DNA from: Bacteroidota bacterium
GTDB lineage: Bacteria; Bacteroidota; Bacteroidia; Bacteroidales; FEN-979
NCBI GenBank assembly: GCA_026391355.1
Contig: JAPLDH010000010.1
Coordinates: 1 to 46,654, forward strand
DNA length: 46,654 nt
Reading direction: 5' to 3'
Shown piece by piece: positions 20,584 through 30,096 of the stretch. The translations under genes were made by a program, and so were the position numbers. Below the pieces are notes generated by a model. The model was given only the letters and a program-made list of their open reading frames with translations. It was not told where the DNA came from and did not search any database. Position 1 is the stretch's first letter. Every line of letters starts with the position of its first letter.

Positions 20584-22904
20584 TATTGCAGGATGAGGAT
20601 TTTCGTTACCACCTTTTCCGTACCGGTACTGGTACTTGCAAAAACGAGATAAACCCCTGCATCCGCTTTTTTTCCGGAAAAGTTTTTTCCATCCCAGATG
20701 GCTTGTCCACCTTCGGCTTTGGTTGCATAAACCAATACGCCGTTGATGTCGGTAATTTTCACGGAAGCATCAGAAACAAGGCCTTTAATACCGATCCACC
20801 CTGAATAACCTTTTTTCACAGGGTTGGGAAATGCATAAGCTGTTTCATTCTGCCCGGGAATTGTTGCAGTACCCCGGTATGAGATAACACCTTTGTCGGT
20901 GCCGATAAAGACTTCTCCCGACTGGCTGATTGCAATACTGGTGATCCGGTTGGAAAACAGCGGGCTGTCATCCTCGGTGAAATGGTTCAGTTGCTTGGCA
21001 TCAGGTGTGAATTCGTAAATACCTCCTCTGTCGGTTCCAATCCATTTATTGTTGCCACCATCCACTGCAATAGCAGTAACTGTCTCATTTTCGAGGAGAT
21101 ACTGGGTATAACTACCCTGCTGAACCAGGATCTGTTGTGCATCACAACCACCCGAAAAAATGCTCTCCGGACAATAGAACACACCTATCCCTTTCTCAGT
21201 ACCCACCCATATTTCTCCGGTAAGATCTTCTGCCATGGCAAATACAATATTTCCCGGAATGGCCCCCGACCCTGTTGAAGAGTTTAATTTTACAGCCTGG
21301 GTTCCATCTGCCGAAACCACGAGAATGGAATTCGGGTTCGAATTTTCATAACGCATCAATATCCATTTCTGATTATTCCGGTCAATGATCATTTGCCCCA
21401 GGTCACTTTCATTGTTGATGGAAATATTATATCCTGTCCAGTTATCGCCGGTTTTCTTTGACAAACACTTGTTGGTGCGCGTACAAACAACCCACAGATT
21501 TCCATCGTGATCGTAAGCTGCACCACCGACCCTGATAACATTGGTATCGGTGGTTCCGGAATGATGTTCCAGTGTACTGTTCCCCTGGTCATATCTCTTA
21601 ACAAAAGCGCCGTCGGAAAATTCCAGTAATCCGTTTCCCCATGAACCGGCAAAGATGTGCTTGCTGTTGGAAGGATCCACTACAATGGTTACAATGTCAT
21701 CTACATTTGCCAATCCCGGGGTATTCCCCGCGTCAAGATTTGCCCAGCCAACGGTATTGAAATGGTAGATCTGACCTGGATAGTAACCCGGAACAAATGA
21801 ATTATCCCTCCCACCAGGGGCAATATAGAGATCATCTCCGGTTGTGGTCATACTGAAAACCCTTGCTGTTATTGGACCACTCAGGTTATAGTGTTTATAC
21901 TGGTCTGTCCTGTTATTGTGAGAAATAAGTCCGGAGTAATAGTCGCCAAACCAGGAGATACTGTCTTTATCCATGATCCCGTCAAGGGGTACCGGAGTCC
22001 CGGGAAAGTAAGACCAGATATGTGTGAGTTGGTTGAAATCATTATTGAAAACATCGAGAGAGAAAATATAGGAAATGGTCAGGTTATGATAATTCGCTTC
22101 AAGGTTGGTAACCAGATCGTGGACATCAAGCGTCCATCTGCTCCATTGTGAATTGGAGAACCTGTATAATGTATCTGCTGTATTGTTGGTTGGAATTGGT
22201 GAATTTGCTTTGGTTACTATGACATTCCCGGCAAAAAATGCGATCGATTTGTAAAGTGCATTGGTATCCATCCTTATCTCTTTCTTCCAACTTGCAAAGT
22301 TCACAAGGTTCGGGTCGTTGTACCAGGCTTTGTATATGCCCTTTTCCGTCACAGCAAAAAGTGTGTCCTGGTCATTCTTCACCAGCCCCAGCACATTCAC
22401 ATGACTGCCTTCATTCCCGATGTAATAGGTATCATGGATCTCTTCTTTGTCGACATCCAGGACAACAATTCCAAATCCACAGGAGAGATACGCATATTGC
22501 CCGATAAAGTTCACCCTGTTGATGGTTTTATTACCCAGTATCGCTTTTCTTTTAATATCGGAGATATTGATGATCGTGTTGCCCTTCAGTAAGTCAATAT
22601 TGGCATTTGCGTATGCAATCACTAGTGTTTTGAGATCTTTGTTATAATTGATATTACTGATACCGATATCCGATAAACCATTTATTTTGGTCAACCGCAC
22701 CAGGCTGCTGTCTGTTTTATTAAAGTAAAATACTGAATAGGGGGTCGCACAATATATACGGTCCTCTCCTTCTGTAACCGAAATGACCTGATTATACGGA
22801 AGCTCATCCCTGAACTGGCCGATGGCCACCTGCTGAGAATATCCTGCCTGCAGGAAATACAATAAAAACGAGAGGGAAATAACAAATCTTGTAACTGACT
22901 TCAT
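20583..22904 (-). CDS. T9SS cargo protein with two-component-regulator propeller (Reg_prop) repeats and a type-A C-terminal sorting domain. Its architecture is PorZ-like.
   Basis: There is a signal peptide. The Reg_prop repeats include WVGTEKGIGVF, KWIGTDRGGIYEF and VFIGTDKGVISY. The C-terminal domain is FPNPVKKGYSGWIGIKG...GVYLVFASTSTGTEKVVTKILILQ. The size (773 aa) is close to PorZ of Porphyromonas gingivalis. Orthology is not proven. Confidence 0.75.
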   Translation of the reverse strand: MKSVTRFVISLSFLLYFLQAGYSQQVAIGQFRDELPYNQVISVTEGEDRIYCATPYSVFYFNKTDSSLVRLTKINGLSDIGISNINYNKDLKTLVIAYANANIDLLKGNTIINISDIKRKAILGNKTINRVNFIGQYAYLSCGFGIVVLDVDKEEIHDTYYIGNEGSHVNVLGLVKNDQDTLFAVTEKGIYKAWYNDPNLVNFASWKKEIRMDTNALYKSIAFFAGNVIVTKANSPIPTNNTADTLYRFSNSQWSRWTLDVHDLVTNLEANYHNLTISYIFSLDVFNNDFNQLTHIWSYFPGTPVPLDGIMDKDSISWFGDYYSGLISHNNRTDQYKHYNLSGPITARVFSMTTTGDDLYIAPGGRDNSFVPGYYPGQIYHFNTVGWANLDAGNTPGLANVDDIVTIVVDPSNSKHIFAGSWGNGLLEFSDGAFVKRYDQGNSTLEHHSGTTDTNVIRVGGAAYDHDGNLWVVCTRTNKCLSKKTGDNWTGYNISINNESDLGQMIIDRNNQKWILMRYENSNPNSILVVSADGTQAVKLNSSTGSGAIPGNIVFAMAEDLTGEIWVGTEKGIGVFYCPESIFSGGCDAQQILVQQGSYTQYLLENETVTAIAVDGGNNKWIGTDRGGIYEFTPDAKQLNHFTEDDSPLFSNRITSIAISQSGEVFIGTDKGVISYRGTATIPGQNETAYAFPNPVKKGYSGWIGIKGLVSDASVKITDINGVLVYATKAEGGQAIWDGKNFSGKKADAGVYLVFASTSTGTEKVVTKILILQ

Positions 22905-22978
22905 GTGAAGGAGATTATAAATTCTTTAGATAAAAATAAACTTAAATTTTATTGATTTATTGTGGGATTAAGCAGTGT

Positions 22979-24271
22979 TTACAAGATCATTCCTGCCCCT
23001 ACGGTTTCATTGGTTGACTCATCGATCAGGATCAGGCTGCCTGTGATCCTGTTTTCCCGGTAAGAATCGAAAAATATTGATCTGGTCAGGCGAAGCCTTA
23101 CGGATGCGATATCATTCATTGCTACGGTTTTAACCCCTTCCGCCTTTTCTAATGTATTAATATTCAGTATATAATTAACTTCTTTTACGATACATCGTAC
23201 ATCATTTGTGGTATGCTTCACAAAATATCTGTTCCCAGGACGCAATGGTTTCTGGTTCATCCAGCAGAGCATGATTTCTATATCAGTTTCGTTGCGGGGA
23301 GGTCTGTCGTCATGAACGATCATATCTCCCCTGCTGATATCCAAATCATCGCTAAGCCTTATTGTAACTGACATTGGAGGGAAAGCCTCTTCGACGGGAC
23401 AGTCAAAATTATCGATGGATGCAATGGTGGTGGAAATTCCAGATGGAAGGATTTTAACAACATCTCCTTTCCGGAAAATGCCTCCTGCAACCCTGCCGGC
23501 ATACCCCCGGTAGTCATGATACTTATCCGATTCAGGCCGTATCACGTATTGCACAGGAAATCTGCCACGGATCATATCGTTGTCATTCAGCGCAGGGATC
23601 GTTTCAAGGACATTCATGAGGGTGCCATTGTCATACCATGCCATATTCAGGGAAGGTTTCACCACATTATCCCCTTTCAATGCGCTGATTGGGATGAAAC
23701 GCATATCCTTTTCCGGAAATACATGAAAAGCAAAATCCGTAAACTCCGATTTGATCCTTTTGAACACTTCTTCACGGTACTCAACCAGATCCATCTTATT
23801 GATGCAGACGATGATGTGTGGGATTTCCAGCAAAGAGGCAATATAGGCGTGACGGTGTGTTTGCTCTGTTACCCCGTTCCGGGCATCGATGAGAATAATG
23901 GCTGCATTTGCAGTGGATGCGCCTGTAACCATATTCCGGGTGTACTGAACATGACCCGGAGTATCCGCAATGATAAATTTCCGTTTGGGTGTAGCAAAAT
24001 AGCGGTATGCAACATCGATGGTAATTCCCTGTTCTCTTTCTGCCCTCAGACCATCGGTGAGAAGCGCAAGGTTGATGTGTTCACTTCCTTTTTTGAGGCT
24101 TGCCCTTTTAACGGCATCCATCTGATCTTCAAAGATTGATTTACTGTCGTATAATAACCTTCCGATCAGGGTACTTTTTCCATCATCCACACTACCGGCA
24201 GTGGTAAACCGGAATAGCTCCATATCCAGGTAAGCTTTGCTTGAAAATGGTGATGGTGTCTTGCTGTGCAT
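22979..24271 (-). CDS. cysN: Sulfate adenylyltransferase subunit 1 (GTPase subunit). There is no fused APS-kinase domain.
   Basis: The EF-Tu-like GTPase motifs are present (AGSVDDGKSTL, DTPGH, NKMD). The start was placed at MHSKTP (24271). The longer ORF that runs to 24331 overlaps cysD. Confidence 0.9.
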   Translation of the reverse strand: MHSKTPSPFSSKAYLDMELFRFTTAGSVDDGKSTLIGRLLYDSKSIFEDQMDAVKRASLKKGSEHINLALLTDGLRAEREQGITIDVAYRYFATPKRKFIIADTPGHVQYTRNMVTGASTANAAIILIDARNGVTEQTHRHAYIASLLEIPHIIVCINKMDLVEYREEVFKRIKSEFTDFAFHVFPEKDMRFIPISALKGDNVVKPSLNMAWYDNGTLMNVLETIPALNDNDMIRGRFPVQYVIRPESDKYHDYRGYAGRVAGGIFRKGDVVKILPSGISTTIASIDNFDCPVEEAFPPMSVTIRLSDDLDISRGDMIVHDDRPPRNETDIEIMLCWMNQKPLRPGNRYFVKHTTNDVRCIVKEVNYILNINTLEKAEGVKTVAMNDIASVRLRLTRSIFFDSYRENRITGSLILIDESTNETVGAGMIL

Positions 24272-24272
24272 A

Positions 24273-25172
24273 TTAAAAATAACCTTCCTTTTTCCTGTCT
24301 TCCATGGCTGCATCCGACCGTTTGTCATCATACCTGCCGCCCCGTTCAGTAATTCGTGTAGCAGCTATTTCCTGGATAATCTCTTCTACGGTGTTGGCAG
24401 TCGACAACGTCAATCCTGTACAGGTAATATCGCCTACCGTGCGGCAGCGGATCTGCTTTACCTCTATCTTTTCATTCTCTTTCAAGCGCATGAACGGAGC
24501 AAAAGCCAGCCAAACTCCGTCACGGTTAAACACCTCGCGTTCGTGTGTAAAATAGATACTGGGAAGCGCTATACTTTCCTTCAGAATGTATTGCCACACA
24601 TCCATTTCCGTCCAGTTACTGATCGGGAATACCCGGAAATGTTCTCCCATTCTTTTCCTGCCATTAAAAACATTCCATAACTCAGGGCGCTGATTTTTCG
24701 GATCCCATTGTCCGAATTCATCACGGTGAGAGAAAAACCGCTCCTTAGCCCGGGATTTTTCCTCATCCCTTCTCCCTCCTCCGATAGCCGTATCGAATTT
24801 AAATTCTTCGATCGTGTCGAGCAAAGTTATTGTTTGAAGTACATTTCTGCTGGCATTAAATCCTTCCTCCTCAATAGCTTTTCCGGTATCAATCGATTCC
24901 TGGACATACCCAACGATCAGTTTTGCCGAAAGGTTATAAACAAGTTCATCACGAAACTGTATGGCTTCATCAAAATTATGCCCTGTATCGATATGCAAAA
25001 GGGGGAAAGGGAATTTTGCCGGCCAGAATGCCTTCCTTGCAATATGTACGAGGACAATCGAGTCTTTTCCCCCGGAGAATAAGAGAACCGGACGCTCAAA
25101 TTGCGCCGCGACTTCCCTCATCACATAAATGGACTCCGCTTCTAATTCTTCTAAATGGGTTAACTGAAACAC
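24273..25172 (-). CDS. cysD: Sulfate adenylyltransferase subunit 2 (PAPS-reductase-like ATP pyrophosphatase).
   Basis: The PP-loop FSGGKDS is present. The N-terminus MFQLTHLEELEAESIYVMREVAAQF matches the CysD N-terminus. The GTG start overlaps the wzc stop by 1 nt (TAGTG). Confidence 0.9.
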   Translation of the reverse strand: MFQLTHLEELEAESIYVMREVAAQFERPVLLFSGGKDSIVLVHIARKAFWPAKFPFPLLHIDTGHNFDEAIQFRDELVYNLSAKLIVGYVQESIDTGKAIEEEGFNASRNVLQTITLLDTIEEFKFDTAIGGGRRDEEKSRAKERFFSHRDEFGQWDPKNQRPELWNVFNGRKRMGEHFRVFPISNWTEMDVWQYILKESIALPSIYFTHEREVFNRDGVWLAFAPFMRLKENEKIEVKQIRCRTVGDITCTGLTLSTANTVEEIIQEIAATRITERGGRYDDKRSDAAMEDRKKEGYF

Positions 25173-27655
25173 TATGATTGTCCAAAAATTCTTTTAAATA
25201 CAGACTTTTTCTCCGCCATCCGGTCGTCGGAATAATAACCATAACCATAGCCGTATCCATAGCCGTATCCGTATCCATAACCGTATCCATAGCCATAGCT
25301 ATAACTGGCTCCATATCCATAACCATATGCGCTCTTGCTCATTTTAACATCGTTGATAAGGATGGCCAGGTTTGGAAGTTTCCTCGTCTCCAAATCTTTC
25401 ACTACAGAAGCAAAAACCTTTTTATGGGTAAAATCCTGCCTGACGATAATAAGGTTGGCATCGGTATGTTTCATTAGCAGGAATGAATCGGTGACAAGGG
25501 CAAACGGCGGGGTGTCAATGATGATAAAGTCGTAAATCGCCTTGAGTTTTGTAAAAAGCTCCGTGGTCTTTTCCGAAGCGATCAACTCGGCAGGATTGGG
25601 TGGAATCGGGCCGGCGGTAATGATATCCAGGTTTTCTATTCCCGATTTCTGGATTATTTTTTCAAGCGGACTTTTGTTTATAAGGAATGAGCTGATGCCT
25701 TCGTTGTTTGTTAACCCGAGATCCTGGTAGATCCTTGGTTTACGAAGGTCAAAACCCATCAGCAGGGTCTTCTTGCCATAAAGGGCATAAATGGCGGCAA
25801 GGTTCATCGAACAAAAGGTCTTTCCTACACTTACCACATCAGAGGTGACAAGAACCACCTGCTTTTCTTTTCCCTGTAATAAATACTGAACATTGGTCCT
25901 TACCGATCGGAACGATTCGGCTATGGATGATTTCGGTGAATCCGCTACGACGATTTTACTTGGCTTATCACTATGAATAATATAGCCGATGATCGGCAAG
26001 TGTGTCAGCCTTTCAACATCTTCCTTGGTGATGATCTTATCATTGAAATAATCCTTCCCGAAGATATAAATAATCGGCAGGATAAGGCCCAGGATAATGG
26101 ACAGCATATAATTGAGGCTTCTCTTGGGATATACCGGGCTTTCATTCCCTGTACTCATTGCTGCATCCACAACTTCATTATCCGACAGGTTGGAAGCCTG
26201 GGTAATCTGGGCTTCAGATCTTTTCTGCAGCAGGTAAGTATAGATGGCATCTGTCAACTTGAATTTCCTTTCAATCCCGAACAAGATCCTTGATGTCTCC
26301 GGCAATTGATTGATTCGTTGACTCATTACTGACATCCGCTCATTTACTTCTTTTGTTGCAATATTGTTTGTATTTATTGCATTTTTGATATTTTCTGACA
26401 GTGCATCCTTAGTTGAATTGATCTGCAGGTTAATCGCCTGTAATGAAGGATCTTTCTCTTTCGAGAACTGTTCCATCTGCGTTTTATCGTTGTATAATTT
26501 AGTAAGCTGTTCAGTAAGTTGATCCAGTAACCTGTTTTTAACCCCCATGGAAGAAGGAACAACCAGCGCATCCAGGTTTGTGTTTCTTTGAAGATATTCT
26601 TTCAGGTTATTCAGGTATCTCGACTGTACGATGAGTTTTGCGCTTTCATCCTGGAGTTCCATCATTTTTGTAAAGATCTTCTTCGACTCCTCATCCAGAT
26701 CCATTACTGAATTGTTCACCCGGAACACCTGTAACGCTTTTTCTGAAAAATAAAGTGAATCAGCAATACCCCGTAATTCCGAATCAATAAAGTTAATGGT
26801 GCGGATAGCAACCATGTTTTTCCGGTCCAATCCTTTGTTCAGGTATTCTTTTGTCAGAAGGTTTAGGAAGTCAACCAATTTCTGAACATTTCCACCTTTC
26901 AGTGTGATCATAACAATGGAAGCCTCTTTATTGATGGGTTCGATCTTAAATGACTTAAACTCACTCACAAGCCCTTCATAATCCTTCAAAACGAACAGGT
27001 ATTTTTTATTGAGATCCTTGTCCGGATCAAATTGAGGACTTAACAGGACTTTCAGCTTAAAAAACTTGCTGGTTATCTCTTTACCGAATGTAAGTGTTTC
27101 ATCGAATGCTATTTTATCATGTTTCCCTTCCATTCTTTTTCTTTTTGAGAAATCATAATAACTGACATTCTCTTCCTTGATCTCAAGACGATATTTATCC
27201 TTGGATAATATGGTGAGATTGAACCTTAAATTAAAGGGCTGTAGAACTGTTGTATCCAAGTCAACAAGAAAGGGAGATTTGTCATATACTTCAGTGGTGA
27301 TAAGGTTCTCTTCCATGAAATAGGCAACCTCAAAATTACACTTGGTAATGGTCCTGTAGGATAAAGAATAAGAAGACAGCACACCAATCTCATTTTGAAG
27401 ATTCTGCATATTATTAGACAGGTTCAGTCCGATGATATCCTGTGGATTCAGCCTGCTTTCAGATTTATCCTTGATGAGTAAGGTAGTTTTTACCTCATAT
27501 ACCGGCCGGGTGTATTTGTTGAATAAAAACGCAATAATGAGTGCAACAAATATTGTCAGAAAAAAGAGAAACCAATGGCGGATTAATTTGTATAATATTA
27601 ATTTGTAATCAACCGATTGCTGTTGCTGGTTGAGATCCTGAATATTGTCGTTCAC
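25172..27655 (-). CDS. wzc: Polysaccharide co-polymerase / BY-tyrosine autokinase (Wzc/Etk-like).
   Basis: An N-terminal Wzz-like periplasmic domain is flanked by transmembrane helices. The C-terminal kinase has Walker A (VTSDVVSVGKTF), Walker A' and Walker B (IIIDTPP). The terminal Tyr cluster is YGYGYGASYSYGYGYGYGYGYGYGYGYGYGYY. Confidence 0.85.
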   Translation of the reverse strand: MNDNIQDLNQQQQSVDYKLILYKLIRHWFLFFLTIFVALIIAFLFNKYTRPVYEVKTTLLIKDKSESRLNPQDIIGLNLSNNMQNLQNEIGVLSSYSLSYRTITKCNFEVAYFMEENLITTEVYDKSPFLVDLDTTVLQPFNLRFNLTILSKDKYRLEIKEENVSYYDFSKRKRMEGKHDKIAFDETLTFGKEITSKFFKLKVLLSPQFDPDKDLNKKYLFVLKDYEGLVSEFKSFKIEPINKEASIVMITLKGGNVQKLVDFLNLLTKEYLNKGLDRKNMVAIRTINFIDSELRGIADSLYFSEKALQVFRVNNSVMDLDEESKKIFTKMMELQDESAKLIVQSRYLNNLKEYLQRNTNLDALVVPSSMGVKNRLLDQLTEQLTKLYNDKTQMEQFSKEKDPSLQAINLQINSTKDALSENIKNAINTNNIATKEVNERMSVMSQRINQLPETSRILFGIERKFKLTDAIYTYLLQKRSEAQITQASNLSDNEVVDAAMSTGNESPVYPKRSLNYMLSIILGLILPIIYIFGKDYFNDKIITKEDVERLTHLPIIGYIIHSDKPSKIVVADSPKSSIAESFRSVRTNVQYLLQGKEKQVVLVTSDVVSVGKTFCSMNLAAIYALYGKKTLLMGFDLRKPRIYQDLGLTNNEGISSFLINKSPLEKIIQKSGIENLDIITAGPIPPNPAELIASEKTTELFTKLKAIYDFIIIDTPPFALVTDSFLLMKHTDANLIIVRQDFTHKKVFASVVKDLETRKLPNLAILINDVKMSKSAYGYGYGASYSYGYGYGYGYGYGYGYGYGYGYYSDDRMAEKKSVFKRIFGQS
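25238..25332 (-). repeat. In-frame hexanucleotide-period repeat (CCRTAK)n encoding the (YG)n tyrosine tail of Wzc.
   Basis: About 15 tandem imperfect 6-nt units on the + strand (ccataaccatagccgtatccatagccgtatccgtatcc...). Confidence 0.8.
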
Positions 27656-27659
27656 TGCG

Positions 27660-28463
27660 TTACTTTTTTAATGTATATATCAATAATATGAGGGTCGTCA
27701 TCGTGGTGATTGCACTGAATAGGATTGAATAGGGGAATTGTGTAAACCCGAATCGTTTTACAGCCAATGGGGCTACATATAAAATATCGTTGGGCATCAG
27801 GTAATAGTATTCCGAAGAAAGGATCTTATCGGAAGTAACATCAAGATAGTGAATGGTTGAACCATTTTTGTACTGCCTCACCAGGGCAATGTGCCTGCGA
27901 TCGGCAAAATCACTCACATCTCCTGCAATCGATAAGGCTTCAAAGATATTGATCCTGTCCTGGTAAATCTTGAATTGTCCGGTATGATTTACCTCCCCCA
28001 CTATAGTGATATTGAAATTAACAAGCTTCACTGTGATGGTTGACTGTTTCAGGTATTCATCAATACGACTCTGTAAAAGATCCCTGATTTCGGTAACCGT
28101 AAGATTCGTCACAATTATTTTTCCAAGAGAAGGAAGGTCTATATACCCCTCTTCATTCACACTATAGCTGTTCAGGTAAATAGTTGCATCAGAAGAAAGT
28201 TCACTTGCCCCGGTTTGTTTGTTGAATAAAGGAGCTGTTTTTTCATTCAGACTACTGATCTTGATATACAGGTTATCATTTGGTTGTATCTTGTAATCAT
28301 GAGATAAAGAATTAACATATTCCTTCTGGCGTGTTGTGTCTTTAGCTATTCTTTGGATATAAAGGATATTTTTGTGAGGAACACATGAAGGAAGAACAAG
28401 TACAATCATGCAAAAAAACAAAAGACAAACCGGTGATGCTTTTCGTAAATATTTCATATTCAT
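27660..28463 (-). CDS. wza: Outer-membrane polysaccharide export protein (Wza/BexD family, short form).
   Basis: There is a lipoprotein-like signal peptide (LVLPSC). The Poly_export motif (YKIQPNDNLYIKIS) and a SLBB-like domain are present. The gene sits 4 nt upstream of wzc. Confidence 0.8.
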   Translation of the reverse strand: MNMKYLRKASPVCLLFFCMIVLVLPSCVPHKNILYIQRIAKDTTRQKEYVNSLSHDYKIQPNDNLYIKISSLNEKTAPLFNKQTGASELSSDATIYLNSYSVNEEGYIDLPSLGKIIVTNLTVTEIRDLLQSRIDEYLKQSTITVKLVNFNITIVGEVNHTGQFKIYQDRINIFEALSIAGDVSDFADRRHIALVRQYKNGSTIHYLDVTSDKILSSEYYYLMPNDILYVAPLAVKRFGFTQFPYSILFSAITTMTTLILLIYTLKK

Positions 28464-28596
28464 AAATTTAATAACATTTACCTACATCGGTTCGAGGGTA
28501 AATGTCCGGATTTCCTTACCTGTAAATCTTTGGGAATAACTTTCGGTAAATGAAGCGACAAATGTAATATTTTTTATCATATGGAAAATAGTGTGA

Positions 28597-29976
28597 TTAT
28601 ATTACCTCTCCGATCAGGGTGGCAGAGGTGTATTTTTCAATACAGACATTGACATAATCACCCGGTTTGCTTTCCTCTTTCAGGAAAACTACAACTTTAT
28701 TTTGTGAAGTCCGTCCTGAATACTGCAAAGGGGATCGTTTTGAAGGGCCTTCAATAAGTACTTCGAATACCTTATTGAGATCTCTTTTATTGCTGTTCAG
28801 GGAAAGTTTCTGCTGAAGATCGATCACTTCCTTCAGCCGTTTTTCCTTGATCGCAGGAGGGATGTTATCAGTGTATCTCTTTGCTGCCAGGGTATCCGGC
28901 CTTTCAGAATAGTTGAACATATAAGCAAAATCAAATCCGGTCCATTCCATCAGGGAGAGTGTTTGCTGATGATCAACTTCAGACTCATCACAAAATCCTG
29001 AAATTATATCCGTCGACAGGGCACAACCGGGGATAATCCTGCGGATGGCTTCAATCCGTTCCATATATTGCTCCCGGGTATAACCCCGGTTCATCCGCTT
29101 CAGAACGTTGTTGCTGCCCGATTGTACGGGAAGGTGAATGGCTTTGCAGATATTGTGGTTCGCTGCAATCGATTGCAATAGTTCATCGGAAATATCTTTT
29201 GGGTGCGATGTTGCAAAACGGACCCTCATCCCCGGATTAATTTTTGCAACCCTTTCAAGCAGTGTGGCAAAATTTACAGTCCCGTCAATGGTTTTCCATT
29301 GGTAAGAGTTAACATTCTGACCCAGCAGGGTTACTTCACGATATCCGCTTTCAAATAAGGACGTTGCCTCCTGTATGATGGAATCTGCATCCCGGCTCCG
29401 TTCCTTTCCCCTCACATAAGGTACCACACAATAGGCACAATAATTTTCACAACCCCGCATGATCGAGATAAATGCTGACACTCCCCTGCTGTCGAGTCGT
29501 ACCGGTTGAATATCCGCATAAGTCTCTTCCTTTGAGAGAATTGTATTGATCCCCCGTTGACCGTCTCCCGCATCTTCAAGTAAATGTGGCAGATCCCTGT
29601 AAGAATCGGGACCTGCTATGATATCCAGCACCGGTTCCTCCAGTAAAAGCTGATCTTTCAGCCTTTCGGCCATGCAACCAAGGATCCCAACAACCAGATC
29701 AGGATTTTTTTTCTTCAACGGAAGTAATGCCTGCAAACGCTTCCTGATCCTTTGTTCAGCTTTCTCCCGGATCGAACAGGTGTTCAGAAAAATGATCCCT
29801 GCTTCATTTATGTCCGTAGTCGTTTCATATCCGTTTGCCAACATGACTGATGCAACAATCTCACTATCAGATAAATTCATCTGACATCCATAGGTTTCAA
29901 TAAAAATTTTACTTTTTTTCACTCTTTTTGAATGACCTTTTGCAAAAAACCCGATTAAGAAAAATGTGGAGTGCAA
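28597..29976 (-). CDS. miaB: tRNA-i6A37 methylthiotransferase MiaB.
   Basis: The UPF0004 N-domain (IETYGCQMN), the radical-SAM CxxxCxxC motif (CENYCAYC) and a TRAM C-domain are present. The start is uncertain (TTG in the ORF track). Confidence 0.9.
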   Translation of the reverse strand: MHSTFFLIGFFAKGHSKRVKKSKIFIETYGCQMNLSDSEIVASVMLANGYETTTDINEAGIIFLNTCSIREKAEQRIRKRLQALLPLKKKNPDLVVGILGCMAERLKDQLLLEEPVLDIIAGPDSYRDLPHLLEDAGDGQRGINTILSKEETYADIQPVRLDSRGVSAFISIMRGCENYCAYCVVPYVRGKERSRDADSIIQEATSLFESGYREVTLLGQNVNSYQWKTIDGTVNFATLLERVAKINPGMRVRFATSHPKDISDELLQSIAANHNICKAIHLPVQSGSNNVLKRMNRGYTREQYMERIEAIRRIIPGCALSTDIISGFCDESEVDHQQTLSLMEWTGFDFAYMFNYSERPDTLAAKRYTDNIPPAIKEKRLKEVIDLQQKLSLNSNKRDLNKVFEVLIEGPSKRSPLQYSGRTSQNKVVVFLKEESKPGDYVNVCIEKYTSATLIGEVI

Positions 29977-30059
29977 AGTTAGCGAGAAAAGACAACGGAG
30001 AATATTCTGCCTGATAAACCATTCATATAAAAAAGCTCCGAATCATTTATTGTCTTAAT

Positions 30060-30092
30060 TTTGTGCCGTTTTATTAAACAAAAATACTTTTG
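30060..30092 (+). promoter_or_regulatory. Near-consensus Bacteroidetes sigma-A promoter for topA. TTTG is at 30060-30063. After a 21-nt spacer comes TACTTTTG at 30085-30092. The -7 box ends 4 nt before the ATG.
   Basis: The match is to the established -33 TTTG / -7 TAnnTTTG consensus with canonical spacing. It implies a leaderless or very short leader. Confidence 0.45.
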
Positions 30093-30096
30093 ATAG

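Noticed and set aside
23516-24139. 207-aa plus-strand ORF inside cysN.
   Set aside because: It is antisense to a highly conserved GTPase gene and is spurious.
25178-25477. Plus-strand ORF antisense to the wzc tail. It encodes a low-complexity peptide (ITITIAVSIAVSV).
   Set aside because: It is the antisense reading of the (YG)n hexanucleotide repeat and is not a gene.
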